Source: a virus
Lineage: Duplodnaviria > Caudoviricetes
Direction: 5' to 3' (one strand)
Virus record (IMG/VR): IMGVR_UViG_3300014205_000223
Span: 3,875 to 67,874 of that record
DNA length: 64,000 bases
Part shown: positions 27,701-36,854 of the stretch, piece by piece
Layout: each line of letters begins with the position of its first letter
How positions within the stretch are numbered: the stretch's first letter is position 1
Program-made: the position numbers and the translations under genes
The notes under the pieces: model-generated
Told to the model about the DNA's origin: nothing
Databases searched by the model: none
The model's input: only the letters and a program-made list of their open reading frames with translations

Positions 27701-30700
27701 CCAAGGTACGGATATTTTAGCGCCGCGTCTTTCGGCTTTGCCTATCTTTTGAACCAGCTCATTACCAAAGTCTGCTGATAGTGTGATGCGCTTATCGTTA
27801 TCACCTTGCCAAATACCTTGCTTAATCGCTTCGGCTGGACTTAGGATAATCAAATTCTCGCCACGTTTGAACGGCAATACAATGGCCTTACCCTTAAACC
27901 CGCCTTTCAGTATCGCGGCTTCAGCAAGCGGCTTGGTAGGTATAGATGCTAATGCCGTGCCACCTTTCATGGTGAATGTGTGAACCTTGTTTAAGTTCTC
28001 TTTGGCAAATTTCAAATAGGCTGCGTTGACATCATCAGCAACTTCCATCATGCGCTTGCCAAGCAGTTTGGTTCCTTCGGTTTCCAACAATGCACGTCCT
28101 AAACGGGAAAGGTCTGAACGCATAGCTGTGTAATTAGGGAACTCTACATAATCGGCTGTTTCCTTAGTGGGCGATTGTTGTCTTAATTTTTCCTGTTCAC
28201 CATATGTTTCGTGTTTTGTTGTAGCCTCAATGTAATGTGCGCTATGTACGAATCCCTGCAACATTTCAACCTGTGTTTTTTGACGTACCAAGTCAAGCAG
28301 TTTGGCGGTTCCGTTATCAATAGCGGTTGCAATATTACGCATTGTCTTAGCCATAGACTTATCATACTCTGCGTTTGCTTCAGCTCTTGCAGCAATACCT
28401 ATGCGTCTGGTTGTGTTTGCTCTGCGGTCACGGCTTAACGATTCATCAGCCTTATCTTCCAGCCTATCAGCCATTTCGTTTAAGCGTTCAACTGCGCTTT
28501 GACTCTTGTCATCGGCAAAGGAATCACGTCTTTCCTGCATAACTTCTTTAGCTTGCTCTACATCACCACCTAAAAACTTTAAGAAAGCGTCGGCATTGTC
28601 GCGTGTTTTAAACGTGAATCCTGGTACTGCGCCATTTCCCTTATACGATGAGTAATAACCACCCAAACGCTTTGCTGTAGCATTCCATTGATTATAAATT
28701 TCACGGTCTACGCGGTCATTTGCCTTAACTACGAATAAAGGCTCTCCGGTTTTGGTATGTGTAGTTTCAACGATCTGGCCTTCCGTGGTTTGCGCTACCG
28801 CTCTAACTTCAGTTTTTTGTTGCGAGGCTTTGGCTTGGCGTTCTGTTCTGGACTTATCTGCCGCTAGAGTGTCGAATTGTTCACGCTGCTCCGGTGTTAA
28901 TTCCATACGAGCATTAGCGTAGGTCTTGCCTTCGGTACGTACCTTATAGCCCATGATACGAACATAATCATCCAGAGTTTGCGGGTTCTCCATTCCAGCT
29001 ACAACTTCTTTTTGTTTGGTAAGGAGTTGTTCTTCCGCTTGTTTTACTTCCCTTGCATAATTCTCAATATCCGCATCGGTAGTTTTATTAACGTCATTAC
29101 GCAATGAATTGACAAACGCATCTTTGCCCATACCATAACTAAACATTCCGTCTTGTAGCCTATATCCCATTAATATTTGCTGATAAGCATTGCTAACGTA
29201 TCTGTCTTTTTTGTCACTACTATTTAAATAACCGGCACCATAACGCTTAACAATTTCATCCTTAGATAATTTATTCAGCTCGGCATAGACAGCCTCTTTA
29301 TTAGCAACAAGGTTTTCAAATTCTGACTTTAATTCTTCCGCTGTTATATTGCCGGTGTTGATGCGTTTATTAATCTCGGTGTGCTTATCCAATAATGCGA
29401 CGGGTTCCGGCTTTGCTACAGGTTTTCCTTTAGCATTAACCTTGGCGTGTGTTTTGGTTATTTTGGTCAGGTCTTTAGTAACCGCCGATGGTGAACTTTC
29501 TTGAAGAGGCGTTGTCGGTGTTGATTCTTGCTCTATCTTCTTTTGTGTAAGTTCATGTAAAATTCCAGTAGATTTAAAAGTTGATGCTAATCCTAAATCC
29601 ATTTTATATTTATCAGACTGTTCCAAACTAAGCATGTGATCCGTAAGTTGGAACGCTCTACGCTTAGTTTCTTTATTTGCATTATTATTATTTAAGACTG
29701 CATAAGCTGTTCCACTTATTAAATCATTATTATCTTTAATGAGTTCCAGTCTATCCATTACGTTGGATAATTCTTTAGATGAATTTGAAACATCTGTTAT
29801 TTGCCTTAATATACTGTTCTTGCGCAGTATGTCTTGCTCAGAATCGTAAACTTCTGTCCATTTTTTAGGTGTATTATTTTGGAACATTGGGGCGCTTTCT
29901 TGTGGCGCTGGCAGTGTTGTTGCTTGACCGTTGCTTGATTCTAATTCAGTTGTAAAGTTATTCTTTACAACTGCTGGTTTTACTTCCTGCTCTTTTTTGC
30001 CTTTGATGGCTATTGTTTCTTTTATAATAGCCGCTATACGCTTCCCTGTTTCTGTTTCAGGTGTATATTTCTTTGGTTTAATGTCAGCTAAAGAACCATT
30101 CTTTTGTGTTGTATGACTGCCAGCAATCCCCTTACCAATATCAGATAGTAAATTATGCAGAGATTCACTAGATGTTTCTCCGTGTACACCATAAAATGCC
30201 TCGTCATAACTCAAACCTTTATCCATGAGTTTTGCGATATTTATTAAATTATCCCTGCCTTTTTTTCTAGTTTCGCTTTGATTAGCATGTTCGCCAATCC
30301 GTTGAATTGCGGCATCAAGGTCTTTTCTAATCTGCTTCTGTTCGGTGTGATCTACTTCCTGCTCCTTTTTCCCTTGGTCTTTTTGGTTTTCTGTATTGAT
30401 CGTGGTTGTGTTCTGGCTTTGCTCAATTGGTTGTTCCTGGGTTAATGGTTTGGTAATGGTTTTAGGCGCAGGCGCAATACCCCATTTTCCAGTAGGCATC
30501 TTCTGCGCAACATGATCGTTCGCGTTAGCCTCGGTCGCTACTTTGGGACTGGCTATGGCTTTGTTGGCATAATCTTCAGTGTTGTAACGGTATGGCTTGC
30601 TGGTTTTTGGGTTCAGGATAAACGGTAATACGCCGCCATCCTGTTGTACTAGTGCTGGTTTTACGTTAGGTAAAACTTTCTGTGCGGAGACATTAGACGG

Positions 30701-33700
30701 TTGAACTTGTACCGATCCAGTTTCGTCATTAATACCTGCTGTCTTTTGTGTGTCCAGCACAGACTGCGCTGCGCTATCAGTTTCCTGATTATTCTTGGCC
30801 GTTTGTGTTTTCGTATCATTTTGTAAGTCCGGGTAATCTGCAAATAACTTATCTCGCTGCTTAATGGCTGTGTCTAACCTTAACTGCCTATCTTTAACGC
30901 TTTTATCTTTCTCTTGATCGCTTACTCTTTCGTTGGTAGATCGGCCCCAATTAACCTCGTTTTGCGCCCGATCTATTTCAGCATTAATAGCTTTAATAGC
31001 AACGGTTCCTTTAGCGTTTTTTACCGCCTTTTGCTCATCTTCCTGTTCTTTTAATCCTTTAAGTACTTTTGCGCTATATTCTTCACTCTGTTTTGCCAGT
31101 TCAGCTTCTTTTACTGCGTCTTTTTCAATAGCGTTTTCACCGTAATGCTTGGCAAAATGGTACTGTTTACCCGTATCCTGACTATCAATAACGTCCTTCG
31201 GTATCTTATTCCCGGCTTTTGCACTCGCTTCTATAGCCGCATAATGTTCGTCGATAAGATGACTTTTCATATTATCGAAGTCGCTTTTATTGCCTATTTC
31301 TTTCTCTGCATAGGCAAGGTATTCGGGTAAAGTTTGTTGCCAAGGCTGTTTTAATCCCTCAGATAAATCTCCATTCTGGTTGGATGGCTGCGCTTGTTCG
31401 CTCTTTTGTGCATTGTACTTTTGTCTAAGATATTCACCAACAACATCAATTTTGTCATCATCTATATGTTCTATTTGTGATGGCGTATATTCGCCCACAA
31501 CATCATTCATTGCTGTCAGATTAACCAGCCTTCCAGCTCTGGTGCTTATTCTTCTCTGTTCTTCTACACTACCGTTTTTAGCATTAGCATTGGTATAACC
31601 TGTAGACGGTTTTTTAATTTCCTGCTTGACTTCTACGGTACTTCCACGGTCAACTTCCACGGCAGGTTGTTTACTTGTAATATCAGCATTGTAAGTATCT
31701 GATAGATTTACTCTTGTTGTAAAATCATCACCAGGAAATTTCACTTCTGCTACATCGCCATTATTTCTAATGGAGTGGACAATAGCTTTACCTTCTTTAA
31801 CCAATCCCCTTTGAGAAAGTTTTTGATCCTTAGCTGTGAGATTGATTTCTGTCCCAAACCATTTATCTTCTTCCTCTGGTTTTGTTCCAGTAAACGGGTT
31901 TAAGCCCTCATCACCAGTTTTTGCCACCACTTCTTTCGACTGTCCTGCTTCAGCAATCTTTTCAGTTCCGGGTGCAAATGAACTTTCTCCTGGTGTTCCT
32001 GGTTGTGTTTCTGTAGTTTGAGTAGTTTGTTCTTTAGCGTCATTCAATGCCTTTTGTGGTAATGTTAAAACAGGACTGTCATTGTTTACCTTAGAAAATC
32101 CCCTAGCTTCATCCTGCATTGTTTTGCCGTTTGCCGCTTGAATGGTAACTCGAACATTATTCGTATCCCCCAAGCCAGAAAAATAGTTCTCGGCATCTAT
32201 GAGCTTCCAGGGATGCGGAAAGTCATTTGGCGCTCCGGCATACGTTTTGTAGACAGTATCCCCGATCTCCATTGGTTCATCGAGAGCAGTAGAACTTCCT
32301 TCCGCATATAACTTTTTGCCGTTAAAAAACCCAGTACCTGTTTCTATGGATGGATGCAGCATGTTAAATGCCTCGTTATACCCTTTTCGGTCTAGCGATG
32401 ACAGATAGCTTTTTTGCTCAGTGGTTAAACTCGTCCTATCCAGGTTATAGGATATGTCTTTATTTTCTAGCAGCCCTTTTGCTTCTTGCCCTTGTTCGGC
32501 ATTGGCATCTTGGGCATTGGTTTCTTCTTTGCGGCCATTTGTAATTTCCTCTTGTGGTGGTTGGATTGGTTTCTGTAACTCATTATGTGTGGCAGCTAAA
32601 CCAGAAGCCACATCATCTTGCTTATCACCAGCGACATCAAGTTGTCCAGGTGTTGATTCCTGTCCATTGAGTAAATCGCCAGTCTGGGCATTAGATATTG
32701 ATTCAATTCGTCCATTATATAAGGGCTCATTTTGTTTAGTCTCGTTTAGTTGTGAATCCTGATTTACCGCATCTAGGGCTGTTTTAGGTTGTAATAATCC
32801 ACCTAATGATGCAAATGGCTTGTTAGATACTTCACCTGCTTGATAGGGTATATCTGTATAACCCAAATTATCTCTGAATTTCTGCGCACGGGATCTTCTT
32901 TCGTTCTCAAGCTCTATGCGTTTTTTACGATATTCTTTTACCTGCTCAGGAGTAGCATCAGGATGTGTTTCCATTGCTTTATATTCGTTCTCCTTACGCT
33001 GTAAATCTTCCTGCTCTTGCTGGTGAAATGCTTTGGCTTTTGAATCTTGTGCGCCTGTTTCTTTTGCTACAGGTGTTTCCCATGTGCCTGACAAAGGATT
33101 ATAACCACCGGGTTTGTATTGGCTATCTATTGCGCTCTGTATATCCTGTCCTGGTACAGTGTTGTTGGCTACAATCGCCTCAGCATCCGGGTTAATTTTG
33201 TATTCTGGAGATTGCCATTGTGATTGATTAGTTTGTGCTGCTGCCCTAGCTAACGGGCCTTGCGGTTTTTGCGTATAACCTTGATATGCTCCAGCTCCTC
33301 CACCTAATGCTGCGAATGGAGCTGTTGCAATCATAGTTTGCTTGGCTGTATCAGATGCAGTTTGTTCAGGGAATCCATGCCTTTGCATGATAGGATTTTG
33401 TAATTGACGCGTAATTTCTTCCTCGCCCATTTCTGTTAATACTGACGATCCTGCTTTAGCTAAACCAGTTGCCGCAGCCCTTACTAACGGTGATGCTAAC
33501 GTGCTAATGCCTTTAGCAACTTTACCTATAGGTGTTGCTAATATTATTGCTTCAGCAATATTTCCTGCTGTTTCAGGCAATGCTTCTGAATAACCTATCT
33601 TAGATGTATCCCCAGTTGCATTTAGTTCATTTTGTAAGGCTATAGACTGCGCCTGTGTTAATGGAGATAATCCCTTTGACTGTAATTTATCATTTTCTTT

Positions 33701-34348
33701 GGCTATGGTATCCCTGACAAACTGGTTTTCAGCAGATCGTTTCATACCTAATAAGCCAAGTCCAGCCCCAGCAAGACCTCCAACTGCCGTACCAATAGGG
33801 CCAAATACTGATCCTATGGCTGCTCCCGCCATTGTTGGAGCCATACCAGCTATTGACCCTGACAAACTTCCCGCTGTTTGCCTGATGTCTTTTTCTGTGG
33901 CTAATCCACCCAATACAGGAGCATTAGCATTCTGTCCACTAATAAAATTGGCGTTTAATCCCTTTTGATCTTGCTGAATTGTATCCAGTATGTTGCTTTC
34001 ATCAAATGGTGTCGCTCCTTCTACAGATGACGCAACGTAAGAAGGAATGCCCTTTACTGCTTGTAGTAAGGTTTGCCCATAAGCTCCGAGTGTTCCAGCA
34101 GGTTTTCTTGGAGCCTCCATTGCGCTAGTATTCAGCCCATTCTTCCTGCCATGCTCTATAATTTCGGCATCTGATTTATCGGCAAAGGCAGGCAATTGCC
34201 GTACCTGTCCCAAGGTTAGTGGAGCAGGGGCTTGTGCCTCCATTGCGCTAGTGTCAAGTCCGTTGCGCTTGCCGTGCGCAAGTATTTCATTATCGGTTAA
34301 GCTGGCAAAAGCAGGGAGTGTACGAGCTTGTTCAAAGGTAAGCGCCAT
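24770..34348 (-). CDS. giant polyvalent virion/ejection protein (3192 aa) with N6-adenine DNA methyltransferase, MuF-C-like domain and HExxH motif
   Basis: FFPTP, LEPSAG.G and MNPPF (about 27530-27020); WKKIPEW.DDP..VF.S.T..GRL (MuF-C-like, about 26990-26340); LHELFH (about 25220); Gly/Ala-rich N-terminal helices typical of ejection proteins. Confidence 0.8.
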   Translation of the reverse strand: MALTFEQARTLPAFASLTDNEILAHGKRNGLDTSAMEAQAPAPLTLGQVRQLPAFADKSDAEIIEHGRKNGLNTSAMEAPRKPAGTLGAYGQTLLQAVKGIPSYVASSVEGATPFDESNILDTIQQDQKGLNANFISGQNANAPVLGGLATEKDIRQTAGSLSGSIAGMAPTMAGAAIGSVFGPIGTAVGGLAGAGLGLLGMKRSAENQFVRDTIAKENDKLQSKGLSPLTQAQSIALQNELNATGDTSKIGYSEALPETAGNIAEAIILATPIGKVAKGISTLASPLVRAAATGLAKAGSSVLTEMGEEEITRQLQNPIMQRHGFPEQTASDTAKQTMIATAPFAALGGGAGAYQGYTQKPQGPLARAAAQTNQSQWQSPEYKINPDAEAIVANNTVPGQDIQSAIDSQYKPGGYNPLSGTWETPVAKETGAQDSKAKAFHQQEQEDLQRKENEYKAMETHPDATPEQVKEYRKKRIELENERRSRAQKFRDNLGYTDIPYQAGEVSNKPFASLGGLLQPKTALDAVNQDSQLNETKQNEPLYNGRIESISNAQTGDLLNGQESTPGQLDVAGDKQDDVASGLAATHNELQKPIQPPQEEITNGRKEETNAQDANAEQGQEAKGLLENKDISYNLDRTSLTTEQKSYLSSLDRKGYNEAFNMLHPSIETGTGFFNGKKLYAEGSSTALDEPMEIGDTVYKTYAGAPNDFPHPWKLIDAENYFSGLGDTNNVRVTIQAANGKTMQDEARGFSKVNNDSPVLTLPQKALNDAKEQTTQTTETQPGTPGESSFAPGTEKIAEAGQSKEVVAKTGDEGLNPFTGTKPEEEDKWFGTEINLTAKDQKLSQRGLVKEGKAIVHSIRNNGDVAEVKFPGDDFTTRVNLSDTYNADITSKQPAVEVDRGSTVEVKQEIKKPSTGYTNANAKNGSVEEQRRISTRAGRLVNLTAMNDVVGEYTPSQIEHIDDDKIDVVGEYLRQKYNAQKSEQAQPSNQNGDLSEGLKQPWQQTLPEYLAYAEKEIGNKSDFDNMKSHLIDEHYAAIEASAKAGNKIPKDVIDSQDTGKQYHFAKHYGENAIEKDAVKEAELAKQSEEYSAKVLKGLKEQEDEQKAVKNAKGTVAIKAINAEIDRAQNEVNWGRSTNERVSDQEKDKSVKDRQLRLDTAIKQRDKLFADYPDLQNDTKTQTAKNNQETDSAAQSVLDTQKTAGINDETGSVQVQPSNVSAQKVLPNVKPALVQQDGGVLPFILNPKTSKPYRYNTEDYANKAIASPKVATEANANDHVAQKMPTGKWGIAPAPKTITKPLTQEQPIEQSQNTTTINTENQKDQGKKEQEVDHTEQKQIRKDLDAAIQRIGEHANQSETRKKGRDNLINIAKLMDKGLSYDEAFYGVHGETSSESLHNLLSDIGKGIAGSHTTQKNGSLADIKPKKYTPETETGKRIAAIIKETIAIKGKKEQEVKPAVVKNNFTTELESSNGQATTLPAPQESAPMFQNNTPKKWTEVYDSEQDILRKNSILRQITDVSNSSKELSNVMDRLELIKDNNDLISGTAYAVLNNNNANKETKRRAFQLTDHMLSLEQSDKYKMDLGLASTFKSTGILHELTQKKIEQESTPTTPLQESSPSAVTKDLTKITKTHAKVNAKGKPVAKPEPVALLDKHTEINKRINTGNITAEELKSEFENLVANKEAVYAELNKLSKDEIVKRYGAGYLNSSDKKDRYVSNAYQQILMGYRLQDGMFSYGMGKDAFVNSLRNDVNKTTDADIENYAREVKQAEEQLLTKQKEVVAGMENPQTLDDYVRIMGYKVRTEGKTYANARMELTPEQREQFDTLAADKSRTERQAKASQQKTEVRAVAQTTEGQIVETTHTKTGEPLFVVKANDRVDREIYNQWNATAKRLGGYYSSYKGNGAVPGFTFKTRDNADAFLKFLGGDVEQAKEVMQERRDSFADDKSQSAVERLNEMADRLEDKADESLSRDRRANTTRRIGIAARAEANAEYDKSMAKTMRNIATAIDNGTAKLLDLVRQKTQVEMLQGFVHSAHYIEATTKHETYGEQEKLRQQSPTKETADYVEFPNYTAMRSDLSRLGRALLETEGTKLLGKRMMEVADDVNAAYLKFAKENLNKVHTFTMKGGTALASIPTKPLAEAAILKGGFKGKAIVLPFKRGENLIILSPAEAIKQGIWQGDNDKRITLSADFGNELVQKIGKAERRGAKISVPWQLENAFDKRKRLVALGIETPAELRAAIREFIGLREAPKEADKIKEMERAMVGRQNDGLDFFPTPANVADEMIATAGIEEGMTVLEPSAGMGHIAERIREAGVEPDVIELSNSRKELLEAKGFNVVGSDFMEFNEGGYDRIIMNPPFGDRRDSAHVQHAYDLLNPGGRLVAIMGEGVFFGSDKKAQAFRDWLEQVGGTEEKLPSGTFNDPSLPVNTSVNARLIVIEKAEQAGDDSLKFSRSQTTKENYEARIDELFANEKANIHGIKVLDKSDMLDMLGYNNQPVYLNESKVIDGKYNHGLKEDHWKKIPEWMDDPSLVFDSDTVDGRLVVIAPETLNGKLIKIIIEPNADVGGLTANFLVNGYDSQTDNKVINRWLQDGLLRYFDKEKSLELRRTAKLQLLGANTYLTQGSGSRSAGPNIRNKTVFPSRQGRNNYAKRSVLQKKDLVKYREGNKFSKSNDTAFAQEVLNELAEVDEMFRYPVSQATTIQVVMKDIAPDFKYIGEEAIQNPDEDFGADKKVLFRNALGKRFDVYVRGNELWIDVSKFSTGERGDAVYAAVGNYAYNTGNVFIADPTSMSDDATIRRTSAMLSLALRFGTTDFMEPGETQLKGNAKLGIAPLKWTGNDVDRTKALIHTFVTNIEHSFPEIKNARYDFNKRRFYTNDSSQPNGRNYDRTGAEALAGNARAGEATTRRGIFIRSLISSESSERPRILEHVLSRANSLVTQGGLKGIFSKGSSHTEKSTIAEVKSWLPRMVRKMLGANKLVVVQSVSQLPTELLGKGNALSQAIKNGDDLSGVEALYHNGTIYLIADSINKGNVHGILLHELFHRALATNPILKAAVNSFQEAMQERFSLAVEGNASPQENAAAKRVINAKTQIADQLEEFMAYQITLYNTNPKSLAAHVVKLIKDLIASIRMAMLKMGFSPDELTAADLNALAKMGAKVQSDSFGVKAKIAEIRDKIIGYQDFIACLAAA

Positions 34349-34419
34349 TTATGTTCCGGGTAATTTGATTCTGATGTTAATTATAGCACATATAGCGTTT
34401 GCTATAATAATTAATTGCG

Positions 34420-35886
34420 CTATCTTCTTAAAAAAGAACCTAATGCAGCATCATTCTGTCCTCTGCGATATTGTGCCGCTGAGTTAAGCTGTCCTAATCC
34501 TGATGATACCGCTGCATTAATGCGGTCTCTGCGCCACTTGTTGATGAGCGCATTTTGCTCTAAATCAGATAGTTTGCTAAATTCATCAGGGGTAATGCCT
34601 GCGTTTTCAGGGATATTTACACCCAATGATTTCGGGGCTGGCTTTTCTTGTGGAGCAGCGATTACTTGAGGTTGTAAAACTGGTGCTGCCGATACTTGTT
34701 CTATAGGCGGTTGTTCTACAGGAGCTGTTACTGACTGACGACTATCGCTTATCTGCTGTAAAGCTGCGCGTTTTTGCTCTGGCGGCAATCTACCAAGTAT
34801 ATCGGATTCCTGTTTCGTCAATACCAAAGATTGTGCCATTGGGCGTCCAAGTATCGCAGGTTGCGCCGGTATCGATGCTTTAGACTGCATTGTGGAAGCT
34901 TCCGCTGTAGGTAATAATGACGCTTTACCTTTTGGGTCTTGCTGTACTGTTTTATCCCATGCTGCTAATTCAGCGTTATTTGCTGGAGCTATAGCAACAC
35001 CAGGAATTGACGGATCAGAATTTGAATATTGTCCAGTGACTTGATTAAAACTTCCTACTGGTATTTCCGTTATATTCCCAAGTTCATCAGTAACTTTTTT
35101 GGAGACTTGCTGATAATGATTTCCCTCTTGTTTCTGAGGATTCATCCCCACACTGGCTTGATGCGCAAAATTAAATAAACCTATATTATCCTGGGAAAAA
35201 GCCGCAGGGCTCTTGCCCATAGTCAAAGGAAATGCGTTACCACTCTTATCCTCGCCAAATATTTCATGCTGATTGGTATTTGGGTTAAACTGTGATCTGA
35301 TAGCCACAGCATTTTCAGTGCCTCCGATACCTAGCTTGGTAAGTGATGCTTTCTGACCAGTTAAGTCAACCACACCGTCAGGGCTGCCAAAATTAAACCC
35401 CTGCCCCAAATCGGCCAGTGCGTTTTGTATTTCGGCTTTCTTCTGTTTTATCTGATATTCAGCATCCTCACGACCTGCTAATGTTGCATCACGCGCATCC
35501 TGACCTAAAATACGCTTATCTTGCATGTCCTCTCTGCCAATCTGACGCTTCCTATCTTCCGCAGCTAATGCGTCCTGTCCCAATTGCCGAGCATTATCCG
35601 CTTCAATCCTAGCACTATAAGCATCAAGTTTCTGCTGTTCATGGTCATTGCTTATGCCAAGCTGCTCCCTATTGGCTGCGTTCTGTTCACGAGTCAATGC
35701 GTCCTGGTTAGCTTGAATGACACTATGTGCTTGCAGCCCCATAGCTGTGCGATTGGTAGCCGCCGCGTCCTGTTGCGCCTGTAATGCCATTTTTCGCGCA
35801 TTTTCTGCGTCTTTTTCTGCTTGAGTTTCAGCAAGCACATAATGTTGTGGAATATACGGACTGAAAGTTTGTGTTTGAATTGCCAT
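34420..35886 (-). CDS. putative ejection (internal virion) protein
   Basis: 488 aa, Ala/Gln-rich, located between tail genes and the giant proteins. Confidence 0.6.
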   Translation of the reverse strand: MAIQTQTFSPYIPQHYVLAETQAEKDAENARKMALQAQQDAAATNRTAMGLQAHSVIQANQDALTREQNAANREQLGISNDHEQQKLDAYSARIEADNARQLGQDALAAEDRKRQIGREDMQDKRILGQDARDATLAGREDAEYQIKQKKAEIQNALADLGQGFNFGSPDGVVDLTGQKASLTKLGIGGTENAVAIRSQFNPNTNQHEIFGEDKSGNAFPLTMGKSPAAFSQDNIGLFNFAHQASVGMNPQKQEGNHYQQVSKKVTDELGNITEIPVGSFNQVTGQYSNSDPSIPGVAIAPANNAELAAWDKTVQQDPKGKASLLPTAEASTMQSKASIPAQPAILGRPMAQSLVLTKQESDILGRLPPEQKRAALQQISDSRQSVTAPVEQPPIEQVSAAPVLQPQVIAAPQEKPAPKSLGVNIPENAGITPDEFSKLSDLEQNALINKWRRDRINAAVSSGLGQLNSAAQYRRGQNDAALGSFLRR

Positions 35887-35900
35887 GTTAATATCCTATT

Positions 35901-36818
35901 TTAGCGTTGTGCCGCTGCCCATTTATCGTAAGGTGACAGCTTGGCCTCAAGCTGTTGCTGAATATCGTCATTATGCTGCTGCTTTGCCTGCTGCTGTTGG
36001 GCTAGTCCCAAGGTTTCTTGTCTACGTGAGTTTTCCTGCCCCAAAAGACCTTCGTAACCGGATGCAGCCGCTTGAGCAGATCCCATGTTAGCGTCATAGA
36101 TACTTTTATAACCGCCAAGAATAAGACCACGGCCTTGCATAAGCTGGCTCTGCATATCGCCTTGCTTTGCTTCCAGACCTGCATAAGCTGACATACCCTG
36201 TTGTTTAGCTTGAACATCTTGATTATATTGGGTATGCCAGTCTTTGTACGCAGTGTTACCAGCATCAGCCATCCCCGCCGTTCTTGCTAAATTAGTAGCT
36301 CTGCTGGCCCCTGTATTGGCATAAGGATTTAAACCCTGACTGGTCATTTGCTGATTCTGTTGCTCTGCGGTCTTGGCGAAAGCGTTGGCAACATTGCCTT
36401 GGTATTCTTCCCTGGTACGTGTGGCGTTAGGGTCAAGCTTGATGCCATTCATCATGGTATCCTTGATCTCGCTAAGTGTCCCGCTATAATCATTAACATA
36501 TTTACTCATCTGCTTAATGTCGCCATTAAGAAAGCCGATGACACCTTTCGCCTGTGCGCCAAAATCCTTGGCGTACTGAGCATAGCCATCATAAAAGCCT
36601 TTAAGCTTATTAATGTACCCATCAGATACCGCATCATGAGCAGCCATGAGTCCATCGAAAGCACTTGCCGCTTTATCGTCCTGCTGCCCATTACTCACAG
36701 ACTTAGTAGGTTTGTTAATCCAATATCCGCCTGTTGATGGAGAACCAGATGACCACCAGCCCTGTGTTTCAACTATTTTAGGGCCTGTGCCGAATTGAAA
36801 ATTATCTGAATAGCTCAT
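35901..36818 (-). CDS. putative ejection (internal virion) protein
   Basis: 305 aa, Gly/Ala/Gln-rich helical composition; position as above. Confidence 0.6.
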   Translation of the reverse strand: MSYSDNFQFGTGPKIVETQGWWSSGSPSTGGYWINKPTKSVSNGQQDDKAASAFDGLMAAHDAVSDGYINKLKGFYDGYAQYAKDFGAQAKGVIGFLNGDIKQMSKYVNDYSGTLSEIKDTMMNGIKLDPNATRTREEYQGNVANAFAKTAEQQNQQMTSQGLNPYANTGASRATNLARTAGMADAGNTAYKDWHTQYNQDVQAKQQGMSAYAGLEAKQGDMQSQLMQGRGLILGGYKSIYDANMGSAQAAASGYEGLLGQENSRRQETLGLAQQQQAKQQHNDDIQQQLEAKLSPYDKWAAAQR

Positions 36819-36854
36819 TGCCGTGATTCCTTTAGTAAAGCGTATGTAAGCATT

